From contig CP011209.1 in NCBI GenBank assembly GCA_001029635.1, positions 286,866-350,865 on the forward strand: a stretch of DNA of 64,000 bases. Reading direction: 5' to 3'. The notes under the pieces were generated by a model. It was not told the DNA's origin, did not search any database, and was given only the letters and a program-made list of their open reading frames with translations. The stretch is from Candidatus Wolfebacteria bacterium GW2011_GWB1_47_1 (GTDB lineage Bacteria; Patescibacteriota; Minisyncoccia; UBA6257; UBA9933). Each line of letters starts with the position of its first letter. Positions within the stretch are counted from its first letter, which is position 1. Of this stretch, positions 49,390 through 57,590 are shown in pieces. Position numbers and translations under genes: made by a program.

Positions 49390-49801
49390 TACAATCAAAG
49401 CATTGATCGAAAAGATGGGATTTCGGGACTACTCTGTCAGTTACGATGAAGAGAAGCGGAGATTCAGCATTCTGATCGAAGATGGAAAGTTTCTGGAAAA
49501 GAATCTGCAGGGATTTATTGCCGACCTTAACTACCTGGTAAAGTTGATCACGAAAAAGTATGACTGGGAGCCGGTGATGCTCGACGTGAACAACTATCGC
49601 CGACAGCGCGAAGATCTGATCGTCGAGCTGGCAAAGGCGGCGGCCCGCAAGGTTGCGGCAACGCAGACCGAGATATCGCTTCCGCCGATGAATGCATATG
49701 AGCGACGTTTGATCCATGCCGAGCTCGCAGAGCGTCCCGATCTCAAGACTGAAAGCAAGGGAGAAGGAAAGGAGCGCGCGGTAGTGATTAAGCCATTATG
49801 A
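49364..49801 (+). CDS. Jag/KhpB-like RNA-binding protein (KH plus R3H)
   Basis: R3H motif YERRLIHAELA. Canonical position after yidC. Confidence 0.75.
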   Translation: MENSLSLNDTIKALIEKMGFRDYSVSYDEEKRRFSILIEDGKFLEKNLQGFIADLNYLVKLITKKYDWEPVMLDVNNYRRQREDLIVELAKAAARKVAATQTEISLPPMNAYERRLIHAELAERPDLKTESKGEGKERAVVIKPL

Positions 49802-49828
49802 AAAAAAACGCCTCTGGGCGTTTTTTTG
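49801..49828 (+). terminator. Terminator whose T-run feeds into a TTGACA -35 box at 49830
   Basis: cgcc-tctg-ggcg plus T7, then GTTTGACA. Confidence 0.55.
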
Positions 49829-49899
49829 TTTGACAGGGAGGTTAGGTATGGTATTTACTGGACTCAGAACAATACAAGGTAAAACACAGGGGGTGCATA

Positions 49900-50454
49900 A
49901 TGGATACCAAGCAAAGGATATCAAATTATTCGATGCTACTGGGGATGTGCGTGGTAGGAAACTCCGGCAAGTGGCGGGATGAGGTTTGTCATCTCGATTT
50001 CGACACTGCGGTTGAGCAGTATCGGGTGTTCAAGAAGGCGGGATACAGGGATGTATCGCTGGTCCCGACCTATTTCGTGATGGATGTGTACGGGGAGTAT
50101 CACGTGGTGACCGCAGGGAACCCCATTGCAGTTGCTGAGCATCCGATTCCGGCGCGGTATTCGCGCGCCGACCTCAATCCTGGAATATCGGTATATGACT
50201 ACGACAGAGACGTACTCAAGCGGGGAATATCCTTCGTAGAAGGGCTGATTTCTGTGGCTGTTTCTTTACTCCTCTTCGGTGGATCGATTGCAGCGTTCAT
50301 GCGGATCTTGAGGTGGCTGGTAGGACCACTCGAACTGGGCTACGGACTGTTGGTTTGCGTATTGGTACTTACCGGCTTCGCCATGATTGTAAGAAGGTGG
50401 TTTTGTCTGTGTCTGCAGGTAGGGGAATGGTTCGTGGGGCATAGCGAAAAGTGA
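49900..50454 (+). CDS. Paralogous membrane-protein family member A (unknown function)
   Basis: Shares P[AS]RYSRADL.PGI.V.YDRDVLKR followed by 2 TM helices with the next two genes. Confidence 0.5.
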   Translation: MDTKQRISNYSMLLGMCVVGNSGKWRDEVCHLDFDTAVEQYRVFKKAGYRDVSLVPTYFVMDVYGEYHVVTAGNPIAVAEHPIPARYSRADLNPGISVYDYDRDVLKRGISFVEGLISVAVSLLLFGGSIAAFMRILRWLVGPLELGYGLLVCVLVLTGFAMIVRRWFCLCLQVGEWFVGHSEK

Positions 50455-50577
50455 AAGCGGGTGAACCTCGCATAAGGCAAGGGGCTATCGAAAGGCGGCC
50501 TCTTTTTTTGTTGACAAAAATAGTAAAAATATATTAGATAAGAAACAGTACTAACAAAACAGAGAAAAGGAGGATAC

Positions 50578-51399
50578 GTGAATAACATGTTGGAGGCAAA
50601 GGCTCAGGGCGGAGGCAAGGTATATTTGAATATCTCGGAAGATACATGCATGAGGTTTGGCTTCAAGCATGGTCAGCGCATTATCGATCCGCATTATGAC
50701 AAGGGTGTCGTCATGGGGGTTGCGCCTGCAGAGCCGGGAGCGTCGGATGTGCTCTGGTTCGCGTTCGACTGCGATGAAGGCGAGATTCGTTACTGGGATG
50801 AGCACGTGGATCTCGTACAGGAAGGGTTTAAGCGCATCGATCTCACAACCGAAGAAGTACTCAACGAGACGGTAGTGTGCTTTCGGGTGACTGCCACAAC
50901 GAACGGAAAGGCGGAGTCAGTGATCGTGCGCGACGTGGTGGTCGCTGCGGCACAGGGGAAGGTGTTTCTCCGGGCAGGGCATAAGGAGTTCATGACGAAT
51001 CCGGTCATGGTGCTTTTCGATAAGAGTGGTGATCGCGGCGATGTGTTCGGGGACAAGTTTATCGAGACGGCGGAGGTGCATGGTGCGCCGATTCCTTCGC
51101 GGTATTCGCGCGCCGACCTTTATCCCGGTATTACGGTTAAAGCCTACGATCGTGACGTCCTCAAGCGCAGAGTAACCTGGGTACAGGTTGTAGTCGTAAT
51201 GCTCGTTGCGCTTGTGATTATGGCAGCAGGCATGGGGATGGCGGCGGCTCTGGTGATCGTATTGAGTAGGTTCTTTGATCCGTTATTTGCTAGCCTGGGC
51301 CTGTTCGTAGCGGTTAGCATACTGCTCCTGAGTAAAAAAGATCAGACGCTAATAATGGCCTGCGGCATGTGGGTTGCGGGCATCCAGGAAGGCGATTAG
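50578..51399 (+). CDS. Paralogous membrane-protein family member B (unknown function)
   Basis: TNGKAESVIVRDVVVAAAQGKVFLRAGH...PSRYSRADLYPGITVKAYDRDVLKRR plus 2 TM. Own terminator and TTGACA promoter upstream. Confidence 0.55.
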   Translation: MNNMLEAKAQGGGKVYLNISEDTCMRFGFKHGQRIIDPHYDKGVVMGVAPAEPGASDVLWFAFDCDEGEIRYWDEHVDLVQEGFKRIDLTTEEVLNETVVCFRVTATTNGKAESVIVRDVVVAAAQGKVFLRAGHKEFMTNPVMVLFDKSGDRGDVFGDKFIETAEVHGAPIPSRYSRADLYPGITVKAYDRDVLKRRVTWVQVVVVMLVALVIMAAGMGMAAALVIVLSRFFDPLFASLGLFVAVSILLLSKKDQTLIMACGMWVAGIQEGD

Positions 51400-51519
51400 A
51401 ACGGTATGAAGCCGCGCGTACAAACGCGCGGCTTTTTTGTTGTTGACAAAAAAGCAGAAAAAAGTGTTAACTAATACCAGTTATTTAAACGCAACACAAA
51501 AATACGCACGGGAGGAGCT

Positions 51520-52119
51520 ATGGGAGAATGGTTACCGGGAGCCGCGATAGGTTCGAGTTTCGAGCATTGTTTGGAAGTATGCGCCTGTACGAACGGAAAG
51601 GCGGAACGCGTGGTGGTAATCGATGATGTGGCTGTCGCAGCCGAGCAGGGTAGGGTGTTCCTACGCGCTGGGCATACGATGTTCTATGTCGAACCGGTCA
51701 TGCTTTTCCTGAACAATTGGGGAGAGTATTTTGTGGAAACTAGCGACGGCAAGGTGGATATCGGTAGGGTTTATGAGGGAGTGGTCCCGTCTCGGTACCA
51801 CCGGGCGGATATATGGCCCGGCATCAAGGTGCGTATCTATGATCGGGATGTGCTGAAGCGTAAACGCGCAACTCAGGCAGAGAATTTCTGCGTGGTATTT
51901 CTGGAAATGGCACTCGCAGCGTTAACGGTCTTCCCGGCCGTCCAGGCCGTGATGAATGTAGGGGAGATGCTTCACGTGGGAATCGGAGCGAGGAGCCTCA
52001 TGGTCGTTGCGATCGGAATGCTTATGCGCAAGCCCGCATTGCGCTGGATGGAAGATGTCGACAGGAGAGTAGAAAGGTTCATGGGCATCCCCTCGATCGA
52101 AGAGTGGAAAGCCAACTAA
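51520..52119 (+). CDS. Paralogous membrane-protein family member C (unknown function)
   Basis: TNGKAERVVVIDDVAVAAEQGRVFLRAGH...PSRYHRADIWPGIKVRIYDRDVLKRK plus 2 TM. Confidence 0.55.
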   Translation: MGEWLPGAAIGSSFEHCLEVCACTNGKAERVVVIDDVAVAAEQGRVFLRAGHTMFYVEPVMLFLNNWGEYFVETSDGKVDIGRVYEGVVPSRYHRADIWPGIKVRIYDRDVLKRKRATQAENFCVVFLEMALAALTVFPAVQAVMNVGEMLHVGIGARSLMVVAIGMLMRKPALRWMEDVDRRVERFMGIPSIEEWKAN

Positions 52120-52502
52120 AAACGACAAAAACCGGGCACCCAAGGCGCCCGGCTTTTTTGCATATGAATTTGCACCCGACTGCAAACTGTAAAAATAGAG
52201 ATCAGATAAGTGAAGAAAATTTCCCCCGTATTCTTTCGCGAGCTGTAAAAAAGCGATCAGAATGAACGCAAAAAATTCCCACAGAATCCGAGGTGCGGGG
52301 ACCCGTTGAAAAACGGGCGCACCCTCGGACTTCGTAAGAAATTTTTAAGGTTATTCCGATTTTTTATTTTGCTCGCAGGCTTTTTGGTGCTTTTTCCAGA
52401 AAAAGCACAAGAAACATTTCTTTCAAATAGAAGTGGATTTAGTCTATTTCGTAATAATTTATTTTTCTAAACCTAGAAATTTTTAAAATGCCTTACGGCA
52501 TT

Positions 52503-54722
52503 TTAAAGTTCTCCCCAGTTATCTCCAATCTCCACATTGACGGTCAAAGGAACTTTGAGTGTATAGATTGATTCGAGAACACTCTTTATTTCTTCGACAA
52601 TCTTTGGCAATCGATCAGTGTCCTTGATTTCAAACACCAATTCATCGTGAACGGTGAGGAGCATTTTTACGTCAGTACCCCAAAGATTTTCGGCGGAAAG
52701 ATATTCCTTTATCTTAACCATGGAAGACTTAATGATATCCGCTCCGACGCTTTGAATAGGGAAGTTGATGGCCATGCGCTCTGCTTCGGATTGGAGCATT
52801 TTGTTGAATGATGTGATTTCGGGAAGTGGACGTATGCGTCCGTTGATATTTTCAACAAATCCCTGCTCCCGCACCTTCGCAAGGATGGTGTCTTGCCATT
52901 GCTTGATGGTTGAGAAGTCCTTGAAATATTCATCAATGAATTGCTTAGCCTCCTTGGGCGTAAGACCACTTTGTTGGGCAAGTGCTCGTGCACCCATGCC
53001 ATAAATAACCCCAAAATTAAGTGTCTTGGCGACCTTGCGCATTGTTGGGGTCACATCATTAAGCGAGACATTATAGATCTTACTCGCGGTGATCTGATGG
53101 ATGTCGGAATTGCTCTTGAACGCGCGCATCATTTCCGGGTCTTCCGTTAATGAAGCAAGAATGCGCAACTCGATCTGAGAATAATCGAGCGAGACAAGTT
53201 TGTATCCTCTTTGCGAGACAAAGATCTCGCGCACTGAGGGAGGAATATTCTGCAGGTTCGGGTTTTCGCACGTAATGCGACCCGTTGCCGCCTTCATTTG
53301 GACGAATGTGGGATGGATTCGACCGTCGCCACCTTGTGCTACTTCTACCGAAGGGTCGGTCATGCGCTTGATCGGCTCAAGATAGGTCGATTTCAACTTG
53401 AAGAGTTCTCGATATTTAAGCAGAAGGTCGACAAACGGTACAGTATCGCGGAAGGGTTCGATCTTGTCGATATTAGTAGACTTGATCTTAAGTCCATAGT
53501 TCGTTTTAAGGATTGTAAGGATCTGCTTCGGTGAGTTTGGATTGAATACCTGTCCGGCTTCCGCATAAAGTTCTTTGGTTAGTGCGTCAATATCGCGATT
53601 GAGAACAACTTCTTTTTCCGTAAGACGGGTACGGTCGACCATGATGCCCCACTGCTTCATTTCTTCAAGAATGGGGACGAGCGGGCGCTCGACATCCTCG
53701 AGAAGCTCTTTGGAAAGCGTCTGCTGGTTGTCCAAGAAGGAGAGTTGTCCTTGAGTCTCTCGTGCATCGGGTCTTGTGCCTCGTATCGCATGTTCTCCCG
53801 GAGTGAGCCTTTTAATAATGGAATTAAATCCAAGATCCTTTAAATACGAGATGATCGTTTCGATGGGGAATTGCGTATATTCGATTTCAGAAATGTCGGT
53901 GATGGCAAGCGGCGCATCGCGGCGAATAGTCGCTAGATGTTTTGAAAGTAGAGCGATATCTTCGTGCTCGATAAGCTTTTTATAGGAAAGCATTTTTTTA
54001 TCCGTGGCGTCGGATGACTTGATTGCGGAAAAAAATGATTCAATGGTGCCGAATTGTTTAATGATGGCCAGTGCGGTAACTTCGCCAACCTTCGGAACTC
54101 CCGGAATATTGTCGGACGTATCTCCGGTTAGCCCCTTGTAGTCGACAAAAAGAGACGGAGAAAATCCATACCGTTCTTCAAATGCGATCTGATCATAGGT
54201 GATCGTCTCGCTGATGCCTTGTTTGAGCGTTTCGACGACAACCCGCTTGTCGTCGATCAGTTGGAACATATCCTTATCGCCGGTCAAGATGACGATTTGA
54301 ATATCCTTTTCATGCTTAAATAGTTCGATCGCGGTACCGATGAGATCGTCCCCCTCAAAGCCGGGAATCTCGTATGTTTTTACGCCAAAGGTGTCGAAGA
54401 GGTTGTGCGCTTCAATAATCTGTGCCACAAGTCCGTCATCGGCTTTAGGGCGGTGTGCTTTGTATTGGTCATACAACTCCTTGCGAAACGTAGGTTCCGG
54501 ACGGTCAAAGAATGCTACGGCATATTCGGGGTGTTCTTCCTTGAATATCTTGATCAGAACATTGGAAAGGCCATAGAGCGCTCCACTCGGACGCCCATCG
54601 GGCGTGGTAAGATTGGGGATGGCGTGAAATGCCCGATGGATGAGCGCATTCGCATCAATAAGCAATAACTTCTTCATGTGCATAGTATAACATAGAGTCG
54701 TCGTTCCCTCCCGTATTGTCAT
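52503..54722 (-). CDS. polA: DNA polymerase I (5'-3' exonuclease plus polymerase; no room for a full 3'-5' exonuclease domain)
   Basis: N-terminal FEN-like KKLLLIDANALIHRAF. Pol A motifs RKVAKTLNFGVIYGMGA and VHDELVFE. The probable start is MKKLL at about 54677. Confidence 0.9.
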   Translation of the reverse strand: MTIREGTTTLCYTMHMKKLLLIDANALIHRAFHAIPNLTTPDGRPSGALYGLSNVLIKIFKEEHPEYAVAFFDRPEPTFRKELYDQYKAHRPKADDGLVAQIIEAHNLFDTFGVKTYEIPGFEGDDLIGTAIELFKHEKDIQIVILTGDKDMFQLIDDKRVVVETLKQGISETITYDQIAFEERYGFSPSLFVDYKGLTGDTSDNIPGVPKVGEVTALAIIKQFGTIESFFSAIKSSDATDKKMLSYKKLIEHEDIALLSKHLATIRRDAPLAITDISEIEYTQFPIETIISYLKDLGFNSIIKRLTPGEHAIRGTRPDARETQGQLSFLDNQQTLSKELLEDVERPLVPILEEMKQWGIMVDRTRLTEKEVVLNRDIDALTKELYAEAGQVFNPNSPKQILTILKTNYGLKIKSTNIDKIEPFRDTVPFVDLLLKYRELFKLKSTYLEPIKRMTDPSVEVAQGGDGRIHPTFVQMKAATGRITCENPNLQNIPPSVREIFVSQRGYKLVSLDYSQIELRILASLTEDPEMMRAFKSNSDIHQITASKIYNVSLNDVTPTMRKVAKTLNFGVIYGMGARALAQQSGLTPKEAKQFIDEYFKDFSTIKQWQDTILAKVREQGFVENINGRIRPLPEITSFNKMLQSEAERMAINFPIQSVGADIIKSSMVKIKEYLSAENLWGTDVKMLLTVHDELVFEIKDTDRLPKIVEEIKSVLESIYTLKVPLTVNVEIGDNWGEL

Positions 54723-54918
54723 TCCAGACTTAACCCTCGGCGTTGCTAGTGATCCGTCAGACGACGGAGAGCGTGCAACGTGCCGGGATACTCGAAGTGC
54801 GTAAGGTTTCTGCGCTTCAAGTGATCCGGAATCCAGAGTCTGAACACTTAAACACCATCATTGCAGAAAACTCTGGATCCCGGCATTCGCCGGGATGACA
54901 CCAGCCCTCCTCACATTG
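54718..54918. repeat. MITE/REP-like element (~200 bp) with GTCATTCC / GGGATGACA termini
   Basis: gtcattccagac...ggatcccggcattcgccgggatgacacc. The internal segment matches 38557-38611. Confidence 0.55.
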
Positions 54919-54942
54919 TTTGGTACGTGATATACTAACAAG

Positions 54943-56208
54943 ATGAAATCAAATCGCGGATTTTCATTATTGGAAACTCTCCTATATCTCGGGATTTTTG
55001 CTATCGTAGGCGGTTCGCTGTTCGGTATCCTTACTAATGTTGTAAGGATGACGACACGGGAAATATCGGGAGATGAAATCGCGGGGCAGTTGCAGTTTAC
55101 GATAGGAACCATTACACGACTAGTACGAGAATCATCGGCAATAGAGATGGCGACAAGCACGGCGACAACGACCATTAAGCTAAGAATGACAAATAGTATG
55201 CAGGATCCCACATGCATTTCGCTGGTTGGCGGGGTATTGAAGCTTGCGCAAGGCCCCGATCCGTTTCAACCGCAAAATTGTACTGCAACGACCACGGATA
55301 TTACGACCAGTAAGGTTGTTGTAGATAGTGCGTTGTTTAAGCGCCTGGAATTTCCGGGCGGGCACGATCAGATCGCGATCGATCTGCAGATTTCCAATAC
55401 GGGAATAGGGACAAATAAGATATCACGAGCGCTGCGCTCGGGCGTTTCCCGCGCATCTGCGGCAACATTTGACGCAGACCTGCTTCCCAATGCCGATGCG
55501 GTATATGAAGTGGGGTCATCCATTCCCGGAGGAAAACGATGGAAGAACGCTGCATTTTCTGGCAACCTTACCGTTGCAGGGAATATGGGGGTTGGAGTGA
55601 CTAATCCAGGGACAAAACTGACCCTCTCGGGAGGAGACGATGCGGCTAGTACGGGAATATTGCAATTGATAACCGCAGGCGGAACAAATCTTAAGTTGGG
55701 AGGTAATACGACATATAGTTGGATACAAAGTCACGCTACGAAGCCATTGTACATCAATCAATTGGGGAATAATGTGGTTCTTAACTTAGGCGCAGGGAAT
55801 GTAGGTATTGGTACGGCGGGGCCGACGTATAAGCTACAGGTGAATGGCAATGCGGCAAATACGACCGGCGTATGGGCGGTTGCGTCGGATGAACGACTAA
55901 AGCGTGACATACTACCGATCGAAGGGGCATTGCAGATGGTCACGGCGCTGCAGGGAGTGGGATTTAATTGGAGGGACGACATAAAAAACGAGCAGTTTGG
56001 ACAGGTTATGGGCTTTATCGCGCAAGATGTCGAAAGGGTGTTGCCGCAATGGGTAAAGACCGATGCGGATGGATATAAACGCATCGAAGCAATCGGCATA
56101 GATGCATTGCTTGTAGAAGCGATCAAAGAGCAACAACAGCAGATACTGAATCAGAAAAAGGAAATAGAGGTACTTAAAGAAATGATGATGCAGATACAGA
56201 ATAGATAA
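54943..56208 (+). CDS. Type IV pilin-like (class III signal peptide) protein with a C-terminal endosialidase-type intramolecular-chaperone domain
   Basis: MKSNRGFSLLETLLYLGIFAIVGG is a prepilin leader with G|F and E5. Tail-fibre-like VGIGT..P..KL.V.G motifs. C-terminus GFIAQDVERVLPQWV...LLVEAIKEQQQQI resembles Peptidase_S74 chaperone regions. Confidence 0.6.
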   Translation: MKSNRGFSLLETLLYLGIFAIVGGSLFGILTNVVRMTTREISGDEIAGQLQFTIGTITRLVRESSAIEMATSTATTTIKLRMTNSMQDPTCISLVGGVLKLAQGPDPFQPQNCTATTTDITTSKVVVDSALFKRLEFPGGHDQIAIDLQISNTGIGTNKISRALRSGVSRASAATFDADLLPNADAVYEVGSSIPGGKRWKNAAFSGNLTVAGNMGVGVTNPGTKLTLSGGDDAASTGILQLITAGGTNLKLGGNTTYSWIQSHATKPLYINQLGNNVVLNLGAGNVGIGTAGPTYKLQVNGNAANTTGVWAVASDERLKRDILPIEGALQMVTALQGVGFNWRDDIKNEQFGQVMGFIAQDVERVLPQWVKTDADGYKRIEAIGIDALLVEAIKEQQQQILNQKKEIEVLKEMMMQIQNR

Positions 56209-56210
56209 GG

Positions 56211-56246
56211 AAAAACCCGCCCGTCAGCTGACGGGCGGGTTTTTAA
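56211..56246 (+). terminator. Rho-independent terminator
   Basis: acccgcccgtcagctgacgggcgggt plus T5. Confidence 0.7.
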
Positions 56247-56296
56247 TTATAAGAAGTAATATGATATAGTAAGGGTACTACAAGTCAAATATACAT

Positions 56297-57526
56297 ATGA
56301 AAATACATGACATTGCAATAAAAATAATCCAGGATTCGCGAGGGCAAGATACGCTCGAGGCGACGATTTCCTGGGATAATAATGGACAGGTCATGTCCGC
56401 AAGTGCAAGTGCTCCGAGTGGGAAGAGTACAGGGACACACGAAGCATTCGTACTTGAGCCATCAAAAGCATTGGCGATGTTCGATACCACCAAGCAGGAC
56501 ATTCTTACTAAGGAGTTTGCAAGTCAAAAAGAATTCGATGATTTTTTGATCGCGATCGACGGCACTGAGAACAAGGGGCGATTGGGAGGAAATCTTATTT
56601 TGGTGTTGTCGCTGGCTTTTGCGCGCATAAAGGCGCAGGAAGAGGGGAAGGAATTATTTCGCTATATCCGAGACATTAGCGGATTGGAGATCGTCGGCAA
56701 TCGCATGGTGCGATACCCGATCTTTAACGTGATCAACGGAGGAGCGCATGCAGAAAATCAGCTAGACTTCCAGGAATTTCAGGTTATTCCAATGGGAGAA
56801 GGTTTTGCAGAAGCACTGCGCGTCGGTAAGGAATTTTATGAAAAGCTAGGCGAAGCAATACGGCAGAAGTTTGGAGAAGAACATGTGACGCTGGGAGATG
56901 AAGCAGGATACTCCGCGCCATTTACAAGTAACGAAGAAGCGATTGCGCTGATGAAGTCGGTTATTGCGGCAGGAAACTTTCCATTGCGCATCGGCCTTGA
57001 TGTTGCGGCAACGGGATTCTTCCAGGACGGAGGATATATGGTAGAAGGCAGACGCCTTTCATCACAGGAGTTGTTGGGCATGTATTACGACCTGATCTAT
57101 CGATACAACATATTGTCGCTCGAGGATCCATTCGAAGAAGAGGCATTCGAGGACTTCAAGACGCTGTATCAGCGATTAAACCAAGGGAACTTGGACACGA
57201 TGCTGATAACCGATGATCTTACGACAACGAATCCAAAAAGATTCGAACATGCGATAACGGAACAGGTAGGCAATACGATTCTGGTAAAGTTGAACCAGAT
57301 TGGCTCATTGTCTGAAACATTACGTGTCGTGCGTATGGCATATAGCAATAATTGGAAGGTCATTATATCGCACCGCAGTGGCGAGACGATGGATGATTTT
57401 ATTGCCGATCTCGCAGTTGCCGTCGGTGCATGGGGATTGAAGTCTGGTGCGCCGGGCAAGTCGGAGCGATTGGTTAAGTACGAACGCGTCATTGCGATCG
57501 AAGAAAAAATAAAACAAGGAAAATAA
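56297..57526 (+). CDS. eno: Enolase
   Basis: C-terminal SHRSGETMDDFIADLAVAVGAWGLKSGAPGKSERLVKYER signature and an N-terminal enolase barrel. Confidence 0.85.
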   Translation: MKIHDIAIKIIQDSRGQDTLEATISWDNNGQVMSASASAPSGKSTGTHEAFVLEPSKALAMFDTTKQDILTKEFASQKEFDDFLIAIDGTENKGRLGGNLILVLSLAFARIKAQEEGKELFRYIRDISGLEIVGNRMVRYPIFNVINGGAHAENQLDFQEFQVIPMGEGFAEALRVGKEFYEKLGEAIRQKFGEEHVTLGDEAGYSAPFTSNEEAIALMKSVIAAGNFPLRIGLDVAATGFFQDGGYMVEGRRLSSQELLGMYYDLIYRYNILSLEDPFEEEAFEDFKTLYQRLNQGNLDTMLITDDLTTTNPKRFEHAITEQVGNTILVKLNQIGSLSETLRVVRMAYSNNWKVIISHRSGETMDDFIADLAVAVGAWGLKSGAPGKSERLVKYERVIAIEEKIKQGK

Positions 57527-57590
57527 CAAAAGAGGCGCAAGCCTCTTTTGTTATGTTTACCTAATTATTTTTGTGATATACTAAATACAT

